NCBI GenBank assembly: GCA_039908525.1
Contig: JAMOAY010000006.1
Location: 56,562-120,561 of the forward strand
Reading direction: 5' to 3'
DNA: 64,000 bases
Source of the DNA: Magnetococcus sp. MYC-9
GTDB lineage: Bacteria > Pseudomonadota > Magnetococcia > Magnetococcales > Magnetaquicoccaceae
In this document: positions 12,073-20,386 of the stretch, in pieces
How positions within the stretch are numbered: position 1 is the stretch's first letter
How the letters are laid out: every line of letters begins with the position of its first letter
Notes under the pieces: generated by a model
What the model saw: only the letters and a program-made list of their open reading frames with translations
The model's database searches: none
What the model was told of the DNA's origin: nothing
Translations under genes and position numbers: made by a program

Positions 12073-13467
12073 TCAAACCTTGTCGTTACCCTTCAAGCCA
12101 ATGGCAAACTGGCCGAGATAGGCGTTGGGGGTGCGTCCGTTGTAGAGCATGCCATCGATAAAACCATCCTGTTGTTCGCGGAATCCATCGCTTTTCCAGG
12201 GGAAGGCTGCCTCCGGGGCCTTGCCCTCATCCACCAGGCGACGGGCTGCCTCCAGGTAGATATCGGCCCGGTAGCTCTTGCGGGCCGTTTCATGGTACCA
12301 ATCGTCGCTCTTGGCTTCGGCAATCTGCCCCCAGCGCCGCATCTGGCTGAGATACCAGACGGCGTCCGAAACATAGGGATAGTTGGCAAAATAGCGAAAG
12401 AAAACGTTGAAGTCCGGGGTGGACCGGCGGTCGCCTTTCTCGTACTCAAAAAAGCCGGTCATGGAGTTGGCTATGATGTTGGCATCGGCCCCCACATATT
12501 TGGACAGGGAGAGGATTTTGGCCGCCTCGGCACGGTTGGCGTTGTCGCGCTCATCCAACCAGATGGCCGCCCGGATCAGGGCCTTGATCATGGCGAGATG
12601 GGTCCTGGGATGTTTGTCCGCCCAGCCTTTTGTGACACCCAACACCTTTTCCGGGTTGTTCTTCCAGATTTCGTTATCGGTGACCACCGGCACGCCGATC
12701 CCCTTGAACACCGCCTGCTGGTTCCAGGGTTCGCCCACACAGTAGCCATGGATGGTGCCGGCTTCCAGGGTGGCGGGCATCTGCGGCGGCGGCGTCACCG
12801 ACAAGCGCACATCGGCCTTGATCTGTCCCGAGGTGTCGGCCGGGGAATAAAAACCCGGATGCAGACCACCGGCTGCCAGCCAATAGCGCAACTCATAGTT
12901 GTGGGTGGAGACGGGAAAGACCATGCCCATATTGAAGTTGCGCCCCTGCTTGCGAAACTCCTGCACCACCGGTTGCAAGGCATCGGCCTTGACCGGATGG
13001 ACCCGTTTGCCATCCGGGCCGACCGGCACGTGGGGTTTCATTCCCTGCCAGACATCGTTGGAGACGGTCACGGCATTGCCGTTGAGATCCATGGAAAAGG
13101 CCGTGATCACCTCGGCCTGGGTACCAAAACCGACACGGGCGCCCAGGGGCTGCCCGGCCAACATATGGGCCCCATCCAACTCTCCCGAAATGACCCGATC
13201 CAGCAACACCTTCCAATTGGCCTGCGGCTCCAGGGTGACATACAACCCCTCCTCCTCGAAGTAGCCCTTCTCGTAGGCAACGGCCATCGGGGCCATATCG
13301 GTCAGTTTGATGAAGCCCAACTTGAGTGACTCCTTTTCCGGCAACTGGGTCGCTGCGGCCCGTGCCAAATGGGGAAAACCAGCCATCAAGGTACCCACTC
13401 CCAGAGCACCCAGTACGGTGCGGCGGGAGACAGGGGTGGCCATGGCGCAAGCTGCTTGGCGTTTCAT
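12073..13467 (-). CDS. nrtA: Nitrate ABC transporter substrate-binding protein (NrtA/CmpA family), Tat-like signal
   Basis: LKLGFIKLTDMAP, DGAHMLAGQPL, FPVSTHNYELRYWLAAGG, CVGEPWN, NPEKVLG; SRRTVL signal; start at ATG 13467 after GAGGA. Confidence 0.92.
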   Translation of the reverse strand: MKRQAACAMATPVSRRTVLGALGVGTLMAGFPHLARAAATQLPEKESLKLGFIKLTDMAPMAVAYEKGYFEEEGLYVTLEPQANWKVLLDRVISGELDGAHMLAGQPLGARVGFGTQAEVITAFSMDLNGNAVTVSNDVWQGMKPHVPVGPDGKRVHPVKADALQPVVQEFRKQGRNFNMGMVFPVSTHNYELRYWLAAGGLHPGFYSPADTSGQIKADVRLSVTPPPQMPATLEAGTIHGYCVGEPWNQQAVFKGIGVPVVTDNEIWKNNPEKVLGVTKGWADKHPRTHLAMIKALIRAAIWLDERDNANRAEAAKILSLSKYVGADANIIANSMTGFFEYEKGDRRSTPDFNVFFRYFANYPYVSDAVWYLSQMRRWGQIAEAKSDDWYHETARKSYRADIYLEAARRLVDEGKAPEAAFPWKSDGFREQQDGFIDGMLYNGRTPNAYLGQFAIGLKGNDKV

Positions 13468-13539
13468 GATACGTTCCTCGTCCTTTGAAGTGTGAATAAC
13501 ACCTGCCATCATTGCACTGACATCCTGCCTTTGCTGGCT

Positions 13540-13555
13540 ATCAAGTTCCATACCA
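13540..13555 (-). promoter_or_regulatory. Possible sigma54 promoter (-24/-12, GA variant) for nrtA
   Basis: Minus strand TGGTATGGAACTTGAT = GG-N10-GA; non-canonical at -12. Confidence 0.35.
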
Positions 13556-13606
13556 TATAAAAAAACACAATAAACACAATATTTTATACAGAAAAGCAAC
13601 CCAAGC

Positions 13607-13620
13607 ATGCACAAAAAATA
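13607..13620 (+). promoter_or_regulatory. ATGCACAAAAAATA motif, NtrC-half-site-like, copy 1
   Basis: An identical 14-mer recurs at 17116-17129 upstream of nirB. Confidence 0.45.
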
Positions 13621-13813
13621 AGCAGAGATGGAGCTGTGTTACAGCAGTTGCCAAAAAAAGTTCCTCCACCCAGCGCGGACATGGATCGCCATTTGCGGCA
13701 GATTGTATATTAATTGGGCATTGCATGCATTCAATCACGACTTGTGGTTAAATTTTATGCAATCCCCTCATACCCATTTTTGCCAACAGACGGTCATCTC
13801 ATAAGATTTTGCA

Positions 13814-13829
13814 TGGCACGAATCTTGAG
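13814..13829 (+). promoter_or_regulatory. Possible sigma54 promoter for the narK-type transporter gene
   Basis: TGGCACGAATCTTGAG: perfect -24 element TGGCACG, correct spacing, TTGA instead of TTGC at -12. Confidence 0.5.
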
Positions 13830-13891
13830 GTACGCTCTCGGTGCGAAGAGCGGCCAACCGGAACCAACACACCCATCCAGGGAAGAGCAAT

Positions 13892-15361
13892 ATGAGTGAC
13901 GCCATACGACTGAACATTTTTTCATTCACCGGGAAAATGCGCATCCTGCATCTCTCCTGGATTGCCTTTTTCATCTCCTTTCTGATCTGGTTCAACCATG
14001 CACCGTTGCTGGGGGCCATCAAAAACAGCCTTGGCATGACAAACCAGGAGGTCAACACCCTTTTGATCCTCAATGTGGCACTGACCATCCCCGCCCGGAT
14101 CATCATCGGCATGCTGGTGGATAAATTCGGGCCCCGGGTGGTCTACACCGCTCTCCTCTTTTGCGCCAGCTTCCCCTGCTTCCTGTTTGCATGGGCAGAG
14201 AGCTTCGAGCAACTGGCCATCGCCCGATTTTTTCTGGGGGGGATTGGCGCCGGTTTTGTGATCGGCATTCGCATGGTCAGCGAATGGTTTCCCGCCAAAC
14301 AGGTGGGGGTTGCGGAAGGAATTTACGGAGGATGGGGCAACTTCGGTTCCGCCGCCGCCGCCATGTTCCTGCCGGCATTGGCTTTGCTCTTTGGTGGTGA
14401 CAACGGCTGGCGCTATGCGATCGGCGCCACCGGACTGTTGTCGCTGTTCTACGCCTTTATCTACTACAACACCGTCAGCGATACCCCCAAGGGTTCCACC
14501 TATTTCAAACCCAACAAGTGTGGCGCTCTGGAAGTCACCAGTCGGGGGGATTTTTTCTTCTATCTGGCCATGAAGCTGCCCATGTTTGCCGCTCTGGCGT
14601 TGCTCGCATGGAAACTCTCCCCGGCTGGCGTGGCGCTCCTGCCCGCCCAGGTGGTCCATCTGCTCTATCTGTGTCTGCTCGTGTTGTATGGGGTCGACTG
14701 TTATCGCTCATGGGTCGTCAACCGCGTCAACCTCGCGGCTCCTGTGCCCGAAATCCACCGGTACCGATTCAAGCAGGTGGCCATTTTAAGCATCGCCTAT
14801 TTTGTCACTTTCGGTTCCGAACTGGCGGTGGTCTCCATGCTGCCGCTCTTTTTCACGAATACCTTTGCCCTGACGCCCGTGGTGGCGGGATTGCTGGCGG
14901 CCTGCTTCCCCGTGATGAACCTGTTCGCCCGCCCCGGCGGCGGTTGGCTCAGCGACCGCTTTGGGCGCCGCAAAACATTGGCTCTGATGATCGGCGGGCT
15001 GGCCATGGGATTTTTCGCCATGGGCGGTATCACCTCCCAGTGGCCCGTCCCGGTGGCGGTGTTGGTCACCGTTGTCTGCTCATTTTTTGTGCAGGCCGGG
15101 GCGGGAGCCGTTTTCGCGGTGGTGCCCCTTGTCAAAAGGCGGATTACCGGCCAGGTGGCAGGCATGACGGGGGCCTATGGCAACGTGGGTGCGTTGAGCT
15201 TCCTGGCCGTGCTCTCCTTCGTGGAACCACAGACCTTCTTCATGGTCATCGGCGCCGTCGCCCTGCTCTCGCTGCTGGTGGTGCAGTTTCTGGATGAACC
15301 GGAAGGTTCCATGGCAGAGGTTCTGCCGGATGGTACGGTACACATGATCGAAATGGCCTGA
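13892..15361 (+). CDS. narK: NarK/NRT2-family nitrate/nitrite MFS transporter
   Basis: Nitrate signature motifs GAGFVIGIRMVSEWFP..GGWGNFG and GAGAVFAVVP..GMTGAYGNVG; about 12 TM segments; start at ATG 13892. Confidence 0.92.
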   Translation: MSDAIRLNIFSFTGKMRILHLSWIAFFISFLIWFNHAPLLGAIKNSLGMTNQEVNTLLILNVALTIPARIIIGMLVDKFGPRVVYTALLFCASFPCFLFAWAESFEQLAIARFFLGGIGAGFVIGIRMVSEWFPAKQVGVAEGIYGGWGNFGSAAAAMFLPALALLFGGDNGWRYAIGATGLLSLFYAFIYYNTVSDTPKGSTYFKPNKCGALEVTSRGDFFFYLAMKLPMFAALALLAWKLSPAGVALLPAQVVHLLYLCLLVLYGVDCYRSWVVNRVNLAAPVPEIHRYRFKQVAILSIAYFVTFGSELAVVSMLPLFFTNTFALTPVVAGLLAACFPVMNLFARPGGGWLSDRFGRRKTLALMIGGLAMGFFAMGGITSQWPVPVAVLVTVVCSFFVQAGAGAVFAVVPLVKRRITGQVAGMTGAYGNVGALSFLAVLSFVEPQTFFMVIGAVALLSLLVVQFLDEPEGSMAEVLPDGTVHMIEMA

Positions 15362-15367
15362 GTCGAC

Positions 15368-17089
15368 ATGCCCCCCAAGAATATTGTTCTGACCGTAGGC
15401 TCCTGCAGCGAGCGGGGCGCCAAGGCGGAAAATCAGGATTTTTGCGGCTGGCTGGTTCCCCACGAGCCTCTGTTGACAACCAAGGGGATCGCCGTTCTGC
15501 TGGCAGACGGTGTGAGCGGCTGCGATGCCGGGGCCGAGGCCAGCGAGTATTGCGTCAAAGGGTTCATCAACGACTATTTCAGCACCCCGGACTCCTGGTC
15601 GGTCCGCCTTGCTGGCCAGAAAGTTCTGGCTGCCCTGAACAACTGGCTGTTCGGGGAGGGACAGAAGCGCGCCCTGTCTCGCCGTGGTCTGGTGACAACC
15701 CTGAGCGCTGTGGTCTTCAAGTCGACCACGGCCCATCTCTTCCATGTGGGGGATTCGCGTGTCTCCTGGGTGCGCCAGGGCCGTCTGGAGATCCTGACCC
15801 GTGCGCATCGGGTGCAGATTGCGCCGGATCGGGAATACCTGAGTCGGGCACTGGGCCTGGACTCCTACCTGGAGATCGATTTTCGAACCGTCCCGTTGCA
15901 GGTGGGAGACTGGTTTGTGCTCAGCACCGATGGGGTCAGCGAACATGTGGAGGATAACGTTCTGCTGGAGTTGCTGGGCAGTCGGGAGACTCCCGCCGAT
16001 GAAATCGCCCGGCAAATCTGTGCCGCCGCCATCGCCAATCACTCCCCGGACAATGTCACCTGCGTGGTGGTGCGGGTAGACGCGCTGCCTCTGCAGGAGG
16101 CCGATGAGGTTTTCAGGGAGTTGACCGCACTGCCTTTCCCGCCCGAGCTGGAACCGGGCATGCGCATGGACGGCTATACCATCCAACAGGCCCTGCACGC
16201 CAGTTCCACCAGCCAACTGTATCTGGCCTGGGACGAACAGGATGGTCGCAGGGTGGTGATCAAAACCCCCTCGGTCAACTACGAAGACGATCCTGCCTAC
16301 ATTGAACGCTTCCACCACGAGGAGTGGGCCGGCAAACGGATCCACAACCCCCACGTCCTGAAGGTGTTGGAACCAGGCCACCGTCGGCGCTTCCTCTACG
16401 TGGTCATGGAGCATGTGGAGGGGCACACCCTGCGACATTGGATCGAGGAGCACCCCAATCCGGAGATCCATGCGGTACGGGAGATCCTGGATCAGATCAC
16501 CGCCGGTCTGCGGGCCATCCATCGGATGGATATGCTGCACCGGGACTTGAAACCGGAAAACATCATGATGGATGCCAAGGGACGGGTCATCCTGATTGAT
16601 CTGGGCTCGGTCAAGATCGCGGGGATTGCCGAGCTGTCCACGCCCGTGCAGCGGGCAGAGATCCTGGGAACCCTCGATTACACAGCTCCGGAATATTTCC
16701 ATGGCCAACCAGGAAGCAAGCGCTCCGACATCTACTCATTGGGTGTCATCGCCTACGAAATGTTGACCGGCAAAACACCCTATGGCGAACTGCCCAAGGG
16801 GGGGTGGAAAAAGGCCCCAAACCTGGCCTACACCTCAGCCACCCTGCACAACCCGATGATCCCGCTCTGGATGGATGGCGCCCTGGAGAAGGCGACCCGC
16901 ACCGACCCACACCGGCGTTACGAAACACTGTCTGAATTTCTCCAGGATTTTTCCCATCCCAATGCCGCCTTCCTCAACCAGCTGCCGGCACCGATCCTGG
17001 AGCGCAACCCCCTCTTGTTCTGGCGTTTTTTTTCCCTGCTGATGCTGTTCTGCAACCTGCTGCTGCTCTTCCTCTTGAGCCGTCGCTGA
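15368..17089 (+). CDS. Bifunctional PP2C-type phosphatase / Hanks-type Ser/Thr protein kinase
   Basis: PP2C motifs ADGVSG, HVGDSR, STDGV, SPDN; kinase motifs VIK, HRDLKPEN, DLG, GTLDYTAPE; C-terminal TM helix. Confidence 0.92.
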   Translation: MPPKNIVLTVGSCSERGAKAENQDFCGWLVPHEPLLTTKGIAVLLADGVSGCDAGAEASEYCVKGFINDYFSTPDSWSVRLAGQKVLAALNNWLFGEGQKRALSRRGLVTTLSAVVFKSTTAHLFHVGDSRVSWVRQGRLEILTRAHRVQIAPDREYLSRALGLDSYLEIDFRTVPLQVGDWFVLSTDGVSEHVEDNVLLELLGSRETPADEIARQICAAAIANHSPDNVTCVVVRVDALPLQEADEVFRELTALPFPPELEPGMRMDGYTIQQALHASSTSQLYLAWDEQDGRRVVIKTPSVNYEDDPAYIERFHHEEWAGKRIHNPHVLKVLEPGHRRRFLYVVMEHVEGHTLRHWIEEHPNPEIHAVREILDQITAGLRAIHRMDMLHRDLKPENIMMDAKGRVILIDLGSVKIAGIAELSTPVQRAEILGTLDYTAPEYFHGQPGSKRSDIYSLGVIAYEMLTGKTPYGELPKGGWKKAPNLAYTSATLHNPMIPLWMDGALEKATRTDPHRRYETLSEFLQDFSHPNAAFLNQLPAPILERNPLLFWRFFSLLMLFCNLLLLFLLSRR

Positions 17090-17115
17090 CTCTCGGATCA
17101 CCCTGTGCTGCGGTT

Positions 17116-17129
17116 ATGCACAAAAAATA
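17116..17129 (+). promoter_or_regulatory. ATGCACAAAAAATA motif, NtrC-half-site-like, copy 2
   Basis: Identical to 13607-13620; about 100 bp upstream of a canonical sigma54 motif. Confidence 0.45.
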
Positions 17130-17223
17130 ATCATTTGCTCTCTTTTGCCACACCTGTTGATTAAAAAAGTGACCATCCCGACCGCTGTTTTTAATAAACA
17201 ATTAATAATTATGTAAATATTTA

Positions 17224-17240
17224 TTGGCAAGCAATGTGCA
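17224..17240 (+). promoter_or_regulatory. Sigma54 (-24/-12) promoter upstream of nirB
   Basis: TTGGCAAGCAATGTGCA: GG (17226-27)-N10-GC (17238-39), in an AT-rich intergenic region. Confidence 0.65.
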
Positions 17241-17351
17241 GTAACCTGCTCATCGCCCCTCTGGCCTCGCCACTGCCTATACGGTAGCAGGATGTTCGGT
17301 CGGGTGGCATGAAACGCACCCATTACCCGGTCCTTCAGGAGAGGTCGAACG

Positions 17352-19793
17352 ATGCAGGAATCATTGATAGTGGTCGGCAACGGCATGGCCGCCATGCGCA
17401 CCCTGGAAAAGCTGTTGGAGCTGGCGCCGGACAAGTACCGGATCACCGTATTCGGCGCCGAACCACACGCCGGCTACAACCGGATCCTTCTCTCTTCTGT
17501 GCTGTCCGGGGAGAAGGGGATGGAAGAGATCGTCACCCACTCTCACGCTTGGTTTGCCGAACAGGGCATCGCCCTGCACACCGGGCTGCCGATCACCGCC
17601 ATCGACCGCCGGGGCAAGGCCGTGGTGGATCAGCATGGAGAACGCCACGCCTACGACCGACTGTTGCTGGCCACCGGATCGCACCCCATCCTGCTGCCAT
17701 TGCCCGGCAAGGATCTGCCGGGGGTGGTGCCCTTCCGGGATGCCTGGGATGTGGAACGCATGGTGTCGGCGGCCAAAGAGGGGGGGCAGGCGGTGGTCAT
17801 CGGCGGTGGTCTGCTGGGTCTGGAGGCAGCCGTTGGCTTGAAAAACCGGGGCATGGAGGTAACCGTCGTGCACCTGATGGATACCCTGATGGAGCGGCAA
17901 CTGGATGCGGCGGCCGGGGCCCTGCTCAAGACGGAGTTGAAATCCCGTGGTCTTTCGTTCCGCATGCCGGCAGAGAGCGTCGCCATTATCGGCGAGAGCC
18001 ATGTCACCGGCCTGCAACTCAAGAGCGGCGAACTGCTGCCGGCCGATCTGCTGGTGATGGCGGTTGGCATTCGACCCAACGCCGACCTGGCCAGAGAGGC
18101 CGGTCTGGTCTGCGGCCGGGGTGTGGTGGTGAACGACAGCCTGACCACCTCCGATCCGGCCATCCTGGCGGTGGGAGAGTGCGTCGAGCACCGAGGGGTG
18201 GTCTACGGTCTGGTGGCCCCGCTCTTTGCCCAGGGGGAGGTGTTGGCCCGCCATTTGGCGGACCTGCCGGATGCGGGGAGTTATGAGGGTTCTGTGGTGT
18301 CGACCCGTTTGAAGGTCACCGGGGTGGATCTCTTTTCCGGTGGGGAGATCCATGAAACGGCCATGGATGAGGTGATCCTGTTTCAGGATCCAGCCCGACG
18401 CATCTACAAAAAGCTGCTGGTACGGGACGACCGCATTCGCGGCGTGGTGCTGCTGGGGGATACCCGCGACGGCGCCTGGTATGCGCAATTGATGTACCAG
18501 GGTGAGGATATCGCCCCTCTGCGCAACCACATCCTGTTCGGCGACATCCAGACCGGTGGTACGGATCAACACGATGTGGCCAATCTGGCGGATGATCATG
18601 AGGTCTGCGGCTGCAATGGGGTATCCAAGGGCCACATCGTGGCGACTACATTGGACAAAGGGCTGACCACGCTGGAGGAGGTGCGGGCCCATACCAAGGC
18701 GTCGAGTTCCTGCGGCTCCTGCACCCATATCGTGGAAAAGATTCTGACGGCTGCCTTGGGGGTTGACTACGAGGCATGCAGCGTTAAATCCCTCTGCTGC
18801 TGCACCTCGCTGACCAGCGATGAGGTACGGGAAGCGGTGCGGGATGGGGCCCCGCAAACGGTGCAGGAGGTGATGACCCGGTTGCATTGGAGCACCCCGG
18901 ACGGCTGTCCGAGCTGCCGGCCGGCCATCAACTACTATCTGACCGTATTCCATCCCGAGCATCACCAGGACGAACCGACGGCACGTTTTGTCAACGAGCG
19001 GTTTCACGCCAACATCCAAAGGGATGGCACCTACTCCGTGGTGCCGCGCATCTTTGGCGGCATCACGGCAGCCCAGGAGCTGCGGGTGATCGCCGAGTTG
19101 GTGGAGCGGTTTGCCATCCCGGAGGTCAAATTCACCGGTGGGCAGAGATTGACCCTGCTGGGGGTGAAGCGGGAGCAACTGCCGGAGGTCTGGGGGGAGC
19201 TGGCGCGCCACGGCATGGTTTCCGGTCATGCCTATGGCAAGGCGATGCGCACCGTCAAGACCTGCGTCGGCGACCACTGGTGCCGTTTTGGCACCCAGGA
19301 TTCGGAAAAGATGGGGGTCAAGCTGGAACAACTGCTGTGGAACAGCTGGACCCCGCACAAGGTCAAGCTGGCGGTTTCCGGCTGCCCGCGCAACTGTGCC
19401 GAGGCCACCATCAAGGATATCGGTGTCATCGCTGTGGATTCCGGCTGGGAGATCCATGTGGGCGGCAACGGTGGCATCAAGGTCCGGGTCACAGACCTGC
19501 TGGTCAAGGTGGCCACCATGGAGGAGGTGTGCGAATGGTCGGCCGCCTTCATGCAGATGTACCGGCGGGAGGCCCGCTACCTGGAGCGCACGGCACCCTG
19601 GGTGGAACGGGTGGGGATTGATGCCATCCGGGCCCATCTGGGGAATGATGGCCGACGTCGCGCCCTGGCCGAAAGCTTTCACACTGCCCATGCCGGGCTG
19701 GAGGATCCCTGGCAGGCCAGAAGTCTGGCCCCGGCCGCAAAACGGTTTGCTCCCCTGGCAATCATCCCGTATCAAAAAGAGAGGGTCGCATGA
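17352..19793 (+). CDS. nirB: NAD(P)H-dependent nitrite reductase large subunit
   Basis: VVGNGMAA FAD motif, VIGGGLLGLEAA, BFD-like CGCN..CGSC, siroheme/Fe-S RTVKTCVG..C and AVSGCPRNCAE. Confidence 0.97.
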   Translation: MQESLIVVGNGMAAMRTLEKLLELAPDKYRITVFGAEPHAGYNRILLSSVLSGEKGMEEIVTHSHAWFAEQGIALHTGLPITAIDRRGKAVVDQHGERHAYDRLLLATGSHPILLPLPGKDLPGVVPFRDAWDVERMVSAAKEGGQAVVIGGGLLGLEAAVGLKNRGMEVTVVHLMDTLMERQLDAAAGALLKTELKSRGLSFRMPAESVAIIGESHVTGLQLKSGELLPADLLVMAVGIRPNADLAREAGLVCGRGVVVNDSLTTSDPAILAVGECVEHRGVVYGLVAPLFAQGEVLARHLADLPDAGSYEGSVVSTRLKVTGVDLFSGGEIHETAMDEVILFQDPARRIYKKLLVRDDRIRGVVLLGDTRDGAWYAQLMYQGEDIAPLRNHILFGDIQTGGTDQHDVANLADDHEVCGCNGVSKGHIVATTLDKGLTTLEEVRAHTKASSSCGSCTHIVEKILTAALGVDYEACSVKSLCCCTSLTSDEVREAVRDGAPQTVQEVMTRLHWSTPDGCPSCRPAINYYLTVFHPEHHQDEPTARFVNERFHANIQRDGTYSVVPRIFGGITAAQELRVIAELVERFAIPEVKFTGGQRLTLLGVKREQLPEVWGELARHGMVSGHAYGKAMRTVKTCVGDHWCRFGTQDSEKMGVKLEQLLWNSWTPHKVKLAVSGCPRNCAEATIKDIGVIAVDSGWEIHVGGNGGIKVRVTDLLVKVATMEEVCEWSAAFMQMYRREARYLERTAPWVERVGIDAIRAHLGNDGRRRALAESFHTAHAGLEDPWQARSLAPAAKRFAPLAIIPYQKERVA

Positions 19794-20116
19794 ACGACTG
19801 GCACTGTGTAGGAAATCTGGAGGATCTCACGCCCCTGGAAGGTCGGGTGGTGCGGGTGGAGGGACTGGGGGATCTGGCCCTGTTCCGCACGGCGGACGAA
19901 CAGCTCTATGCCCTGACCGACCGCTGCCCCCACCGGGGTGGACCCCTGTCCGCCGGCATGGTGCACGGTCACAAAGTGACCTGTCCACTGCACGGTTGGA
20001 CTTTGGACCTGGAGACAGGACAGGTGTTGGGACCTGACCAGGGTTGCGTGGAACGTTATCCGGTACGACTGCAGGGCGGGCAGATTTACCTGCAGTTGGA
20101 GGCAAGCCCTGGCTGA
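19790..20116 (+). CDS. nirD: Nitrite reductase small subunit (Rieske-type)
   Basis: CPHRGGPLSAG and CPLHGW Rieske motifs; overlaps the nirB stop. Confidence 0.93.
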   Translation: MNDWHCVGNLEDLTPLEGRVVRVEGLGDLALFRTADEQLYALTDRCPHRGGPLSAGMVHGHKVTCPLHGWTLDLETGQVLGPDQGCVERYPVRLQGGQIYLQLEASPG

Positions 20117-20192
20117 AAGGGTGTTCTGTGTGGTAGTCTGACAGCCTTGGTTTCTTTCCAATTCGGGAATTGATCATTGTTTCGTCCATGCC

Positions 20193-20220
20193 TGGGGGAG
20201 GCGGTGAACCGCCTCCCCCA
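20193..20220 (+). terminator. Perfect 12-bp GC-rich hairpin between nirD and narG (terminator or RNA-stability element)
   Basis: TGGGGGAGGCGG-TGAA-CCGCCTCCCCCA; the T-run lies ~16 nt downstream rather than adjacent. Confidence 0.4.
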
Positions 20221-20255
20221 GACCCCCTCCACCCTTCTTTTTTAATAGTTTTTAA

Positions 20256-20333
20256 CTATTACGGGTCCAGGGGGATACTCCCCCTGGTGGGGTCCAGGGG
20301 CAAAGCCCCTGGGGGGTCGGGGGCGAAGGCCCC
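20256..20333 (-). repeat. Dispersed double-hairpin repeat, copy 2 (inverted), plus an extra GGGGC-GAAG-GCCCC hairpin
   Basis: Reverse complement of 20256-20309 reads GGGGCTTTGCCCCTGGACCCCACCAGGGGGAGTATCCCCCTGGACCCGTAATAG, differing from copy 1 only in a loop and at one base. Confidence 0.85.
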
Positions 20334-20386
20334 AAATAATGGACCGGACAACGATCAAGCCCCCCATTCACAGGGGAATCAGCACG

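Noticed and set aside
17361-19775. 804-aa ORF antisense to nirB, and similar long antisense ORFs over narG, narH, parE, mltA and others
   Set aside because: Expected from GC-rich codon bias; no recognisable motifs and fully opposite well-supported genes.
20169-20358. Possible FNR box upstream of narG
   Set aside because: Only separated half-sites (TTGAT near 20170, ATCAA near 20354); no TTGAT-N4-ATCAA.
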